The position numbers and the translations under genes are program-made. 64,000 nucleotides of DNA, from contig JAWQFM010000035.1 of assembly GCA_033442325.1 (NCBI GenBank), forward strand, positions 529,096 through 593,095, given 5' to 3'. Below are positions 59,716 to 64,000 of the stretch, in pieces (the first letter of the stretch is position 1; every line of letters starts with the position of its first letter). Under the pieces are notes generated by a model that worked only from the letters and a program-made list of their open reading frames with translations, had not been told where the DNA came from and searched no databases. Origin of the DNA: Salpingoeca rosetta (Eukaryota; Protista; Choanoflagellata).

Positions 59716-60399
59716 ATGCCTGTGAATGAAGTGCTGAGTGGGGCCTTTGCGCTTGTGCACAAGGCCAACACGCAAAAGGGACACGCCGTCAAGTTGATTG
59801 AACGCTGTGAGCGCATCCTTGCGTCGCAGACACCGCACAAGCTGCTTGGCATCGCCTTGCAGGTCGACAATGCCATTCAGGACTACGGGCGGACGTGCAA
59901 GGATGCAGAGACGGCGCTGATTCAGGTGCATGTCTATGTGTATGTTGTGTGTGTGATTGTGCGTGCGTGCGTGTGTATGTGTGTGCGTGTGTGCGTGCGT
60001 GCGTGTGCGTGTGTGTTGCTGATTCAGGTGTGTGTGTGTGTGTGTGTGTTGACGAATGTGTGCATGCGTGCGTGCGTGTGCGTGCGTGTGCGTGCGTGCG
60101 TGCGTGTATGTGTGTGTGTGTGTGTGTGTTCTCTTGTGTGCGAATCGCATGTGGTCTCATTCGTGTTGCGCGTGTACAGCTGAAAAAGGACCGGCCAGAA
60201 GGCGTGAGCGACGCGCAGCTGCGCAAGCTGCGAGAAGAGATCAAAGGGCTTCACGACGACTTGGCAGATGTACGCCGCAGTCATTTGTGTGTGTCTGTGC
60301 ATGCTCGTCTGCTTTGCGTGTTTGCCCTGCCTATTTGCTGTCCAAGTTGTCGACTTCCTCGTGTAGACTGCAGCTTTGCCCATCCTCACACACACACAC

Positions 60400-60444
<45 letters not shown>

Positions 60445-61191
60445 TACATACATACATACATCTGCACAGATGAAGAGGCGGCTGATTCAGGTTGATCGCG
60501 AGCGGCGGCGGCTGCTCGAAGAGGAGCAGGCACAACAGCAGCAGCAACAACAACAGGAGGGCACCGATGGACAGTCGGGTGCTGGTGATGCCGGCATGCG
60601 CCAACAGCAACAACAACAGCAGCAACAACAGCAGCCGTTCAGACAAGAACAATGGCAGGAGACACGCAGGAAGCTGGTGAGCGCCACGTGTACTCTTGTG
60701 GCAGCATTCACGTTGTGTGCATCCGTTTGTGTGTGCGTGCGTGTGCGTGTGTGTGTGTGTGCACATGCATGTGTAAGTGTGTGTGTGTGTGTGTGTGTGT
60801 GTAAGTGCGTGCATGTGTAAGTGGTTGTGGGAAAAGGCACCCTGCCACATTTCACACACACATGCCCCTGTGTTCTTCTCGTGCAGGTTGAGGAGCAGAC
60901 GCAGTTTGTGCAGCAGCGAGAAAAGGGTGTGCAGCAACTGCACCAGGACATGTGAGTTAATCGCCATGACGGCCATGATGATGATAATGATGATGATTAT
61001 GGTGATGAGCGCGTTCGCAAGCGTCGCGATTACCTCTTTCTCCTGCATGCAGTTGTCACGCTTTTGTTATGCACTCGCTGTGCATTCCTCTCACGCCGCC
61101 CGTCAACACACTTCGCATCATCACAGGCAAGACATTCACAGCATCCTCCAAAACATGGCAGAGGAAGTGACCACACAAGGCCAACAACTCC
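59716..61191 (+). CDS. Syntaxin-like Qa-SNARE; 3' end probably lies in the gap
   Basis: Helical Habc-like exons, then the SNARE motif VQQREKGVQQLHQDM|QDIHSILQNMAEEVTTQGQQL. The TM exon was not seen. Confidence 0.75.
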
Positions 61192-61239
61192 GTAAGTCAT
61201 CTTCAGTGTCAAATGTGTGTGTGTGTGCGTGTGTGTGTG

Positions 61240-61294
<55 letters not shown>

Positions 61295-61296
61295 TG

Positions 61297-61895
61297 NNNN
61301 NNNNNNNNNNNNNNNNNNNNNNNNNNNNNNNNNNNNNNNNNNNNNNNNNNNNNNNNNNNNNNNNNNNNNNNNNNNNNNNNNNNNNNNNNNNNNNNNNNNN
61401 NNNNNNNNNNNNNNNNNNNNNNNNNNNNNNNNNNNNNNNNNNNNNNNNNNNNNNNNNNNNNNNNNNNNNNNNNNNNNNNNNNNNNNNNNNNNNNNNNNNN
61501 NNNNNNNNNNNNNNNNNNNNNNNNNNNNNNNNNNNNNNNNNNNNNNNNNNNNNNNNNNNNNNNNNNNNNNNNNNNNNNNNNNNNNNNNNNNNNNNNNNNN
61601 NNNNNNNNNNNNNNNNNNNNNNNNNNNNNNNNNNNNNNNNNNNNNNNNNNNNNNNNNNNNNNNNNNNNNNNNNNNNNNNNNNNNNNNNNNNNNNNNNNNN
61701 NNNNNNNNNNNNNNNNNNNNNNNNNNNNNNNNNNNNNNNNNNNNNNNNNNNNNNNNNNNNNNNNNNNNNNNNNNNNNNNNNNNNNNNNNNNNNNNNNNNN
61801 NNNNNNNNNNNNNNNNNNNNNNNNNNNNNNNNNNNNNNNNNNNNNNNNNNNNNNNNNNNNNNNNNNNNNNNNNNNNNNNNNNNNNNNNNNNNNNN
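61297..61895. other. Assembly gap (N run) flanked by GT/CA microsatellites
   Basis: About 600 N bases. Confidence 1.
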
Positions 61896-61897
61896 GC

Positions 61898-61959
<62 letters not shown>

Positions 61960-62389
61960 ACACACACACATACATACATACACACATACATACACACACC
62001 GGCAAGCGCAGCCAGCACCAAATCAAATGCCCCATAAACGCATTCACACTTATCTGAAGGCTCATTCGCTCTTGCGTTGGTTGATTGTCACCATAACTTC
62101 GATTGCTGTTGTTGTTGTTGCTGCTGCTGCTGCTGTTTGTTGATTGATTGATTGATTGACTTGCATGCAGAATGTTGTTGTTGTATGGATTGAACACCAA
62201 AGCAAAACATAACGTGGTGCAGTGGCAGGAAAATGAAATGAATTGGACGACACAAAGCCACACACATCCACAGTAGAGGCACATGCAACGAATGCCAAAC
62301 ATAACAGCAAGGAACAAAGGGCACATGGGGGACGAAAGAAAGGACGGTGGTTATCGCGCTTGCTTGTTTGTGTGAAGCAGCCATATGGG

Positions 62390-62544
<155 letters not shown>

Positions 62545-62599
62545 CGCGCGTGTGTATGTGAGCACGAGTAGCACGGGGCATTGCGGACGTTGGACGGGT

Positions 62600-64000
62600 T
62601 TAGCCGGCAATGTCTGTTGCCTCTGTGGCGAGGGAGCCGTTGACAACCTTCGTCTTGTACTGCTCGGGCACAGGCATCTCTTTCTGTTGGCATGCAAAGC
62701 CACAAGCATGTACAGTGGTGGGCGTGAGGTGTGTGAAACCAGGCATGCGGGGCCAGCAAGAAAACGCACACCAACACACAATTGAGCCACCAACACCAAC
62801 ACGCACACACGCGCGCGCGCTTGTCCTCATTCTCCACCCTGCAACAACAGCAGCTCCTGTCCCATTTCCCCCCGCTCTCCTCCGCGCAAAATTGCATGAC
62901 TGACGTAGTCGCCGTTGTCGCCCTCTGGGATGAGAACGTTCATCTCGGACGACTTGGCAGACACAATCTCCGTGTCCAGGCTCGTGGCGCTCAGGTACAC
63001 CTGGCACCCGTCCGTCTTGTCAATCGACACCGTCGGCACCTGGCAGGGCAGAGAGAAGAGGTGGTGGAGTGTGAGGAGAGGTGATACGATGGGCAAGTGA
63101 GAACATTTCAGGGACGGGCATCAGACATGCGTGCACACACACACACACACATACAGAAAGTACCTATTTCACCCACCACATAGACGCACACGCAACGCAT
63201 GGTACATGCTGCCACTGCATATTTTCGTACCTTCTCGACAACTTGGACCTGCACGCTCTTGCAGTTGACGACATCAAAGACGCCAACAGCGCTGTCAAAG
63301 ACAACGCCGACCTTCTTGCAGTTGTCCAGCGTGATGCTGTTCACCTTGCCGCTGATCTTGATCGTCGTCTTCTCGCACCTGCAGTGAACACGCAGACATG
63401 GGGTTTGGATGGTGGCGTTGATTGGACACAGAAGCATGGGGGTGGGAGGAGGTGTGGAGTGTGTGAGGTGTGCGACGCAAGATGCCACAGCACGCACATG
63501 CACTAGACAGACAGACAGACAGACAGACAGACACACACACACACACATACACAGACACACACACACACACGCACGACACAGGACACAGCTGGTGCGTACT
63601 TGTAGATGTAGACGGACTGCTTGATGTTGCCCTCGATGACAATGTCGTGGTTGTCCACCTGATACTCGACAGTCCACTTCTTGCCCACGAGCTCAAAGAC
63701 GGGGTCCTTCTTCTGCTTGCGACAGAAGCGGTGGATGGGAGGGAGTCGAGAGAAGGGTGGAAGTCATGGATGGATGGATGGATGGATGGATGGATGGATG
63801 GATGGATGGATGTGTGGAAGTGAGGGGGGGGGATGCACACTTGCATGGCTGAACGTGATATGGCCCACAATCAAAGAAACAGCGCAGCGAGCAAGCAAAG
63901 CAGCGTTTGCGTGTGCGCACAAGGTTTTGCACAAGGTTTTGCTTGGCGCGTGCACTGACCACGGCTGCGGCGGGCTTGGCAGCAGGCTTGGCAGCGGTAG
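62600..64000 (-). CDS. CAP: Adenylyl cyclase-associated protein CAP/Srv2, C-terminal CARP domain; 5' end outside window
   Basis: [17 protein letters not shown]|[64 protein letters not shown]...DIAG*. Confidence 0.95.

Noticed and set aside
60777-62326. Long ORFs spanning 61-62 kb
   Set aside because: They are artefacts of the N gap and flanking microsatellites.

Overview
Eukaryotic, gene-dense DNA with GT-AG introns full of (CA)n/(GT)n microsatellites. This style suggests a choanoflagellate such as Salpingoeca rosetta (inference, not verified). Most ORFs in the track are microsatellite artefacts, so genes were rebuilt from exons by eye. Spliced genes: rhomboid protease (3' part), a large EF-hand-like/coiled-coil protein, Hippo/MST kinase with SARAH domain, ERGIC3, a WD40 protein ending in a CaaX box, WDR43/UTP5 (with two intronic box C/D snoRNAs), ribophorin II, an HS3ST-like sulfotransferase, a Qa-SNARE and CAP/Srv2 (3' part). 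Also present are an intronless aldo-keto reductase and two identical tRNA-Met(CAT) genes. The main anomaly is an island of intronless genes at 12.9-21.5 kb arranged as two head-to-head pairs: TIR-ARM (SARM1-like domains in reversed order) with a truncated secreted beta-propeller gene, and an intact secreted 7-bladed beta-propeller with an F-box-like/LRR gene. An orphan cytochrome P450 3' fragment lies between the pairs. A third propeller paralog sits between the duplicated tRNA genes at 53-56 kb. The island is a candidate innate-immunity or recognition locus. Spliced-gene coordinates are overall spans, and internal exon boundaries were checked only where stated.
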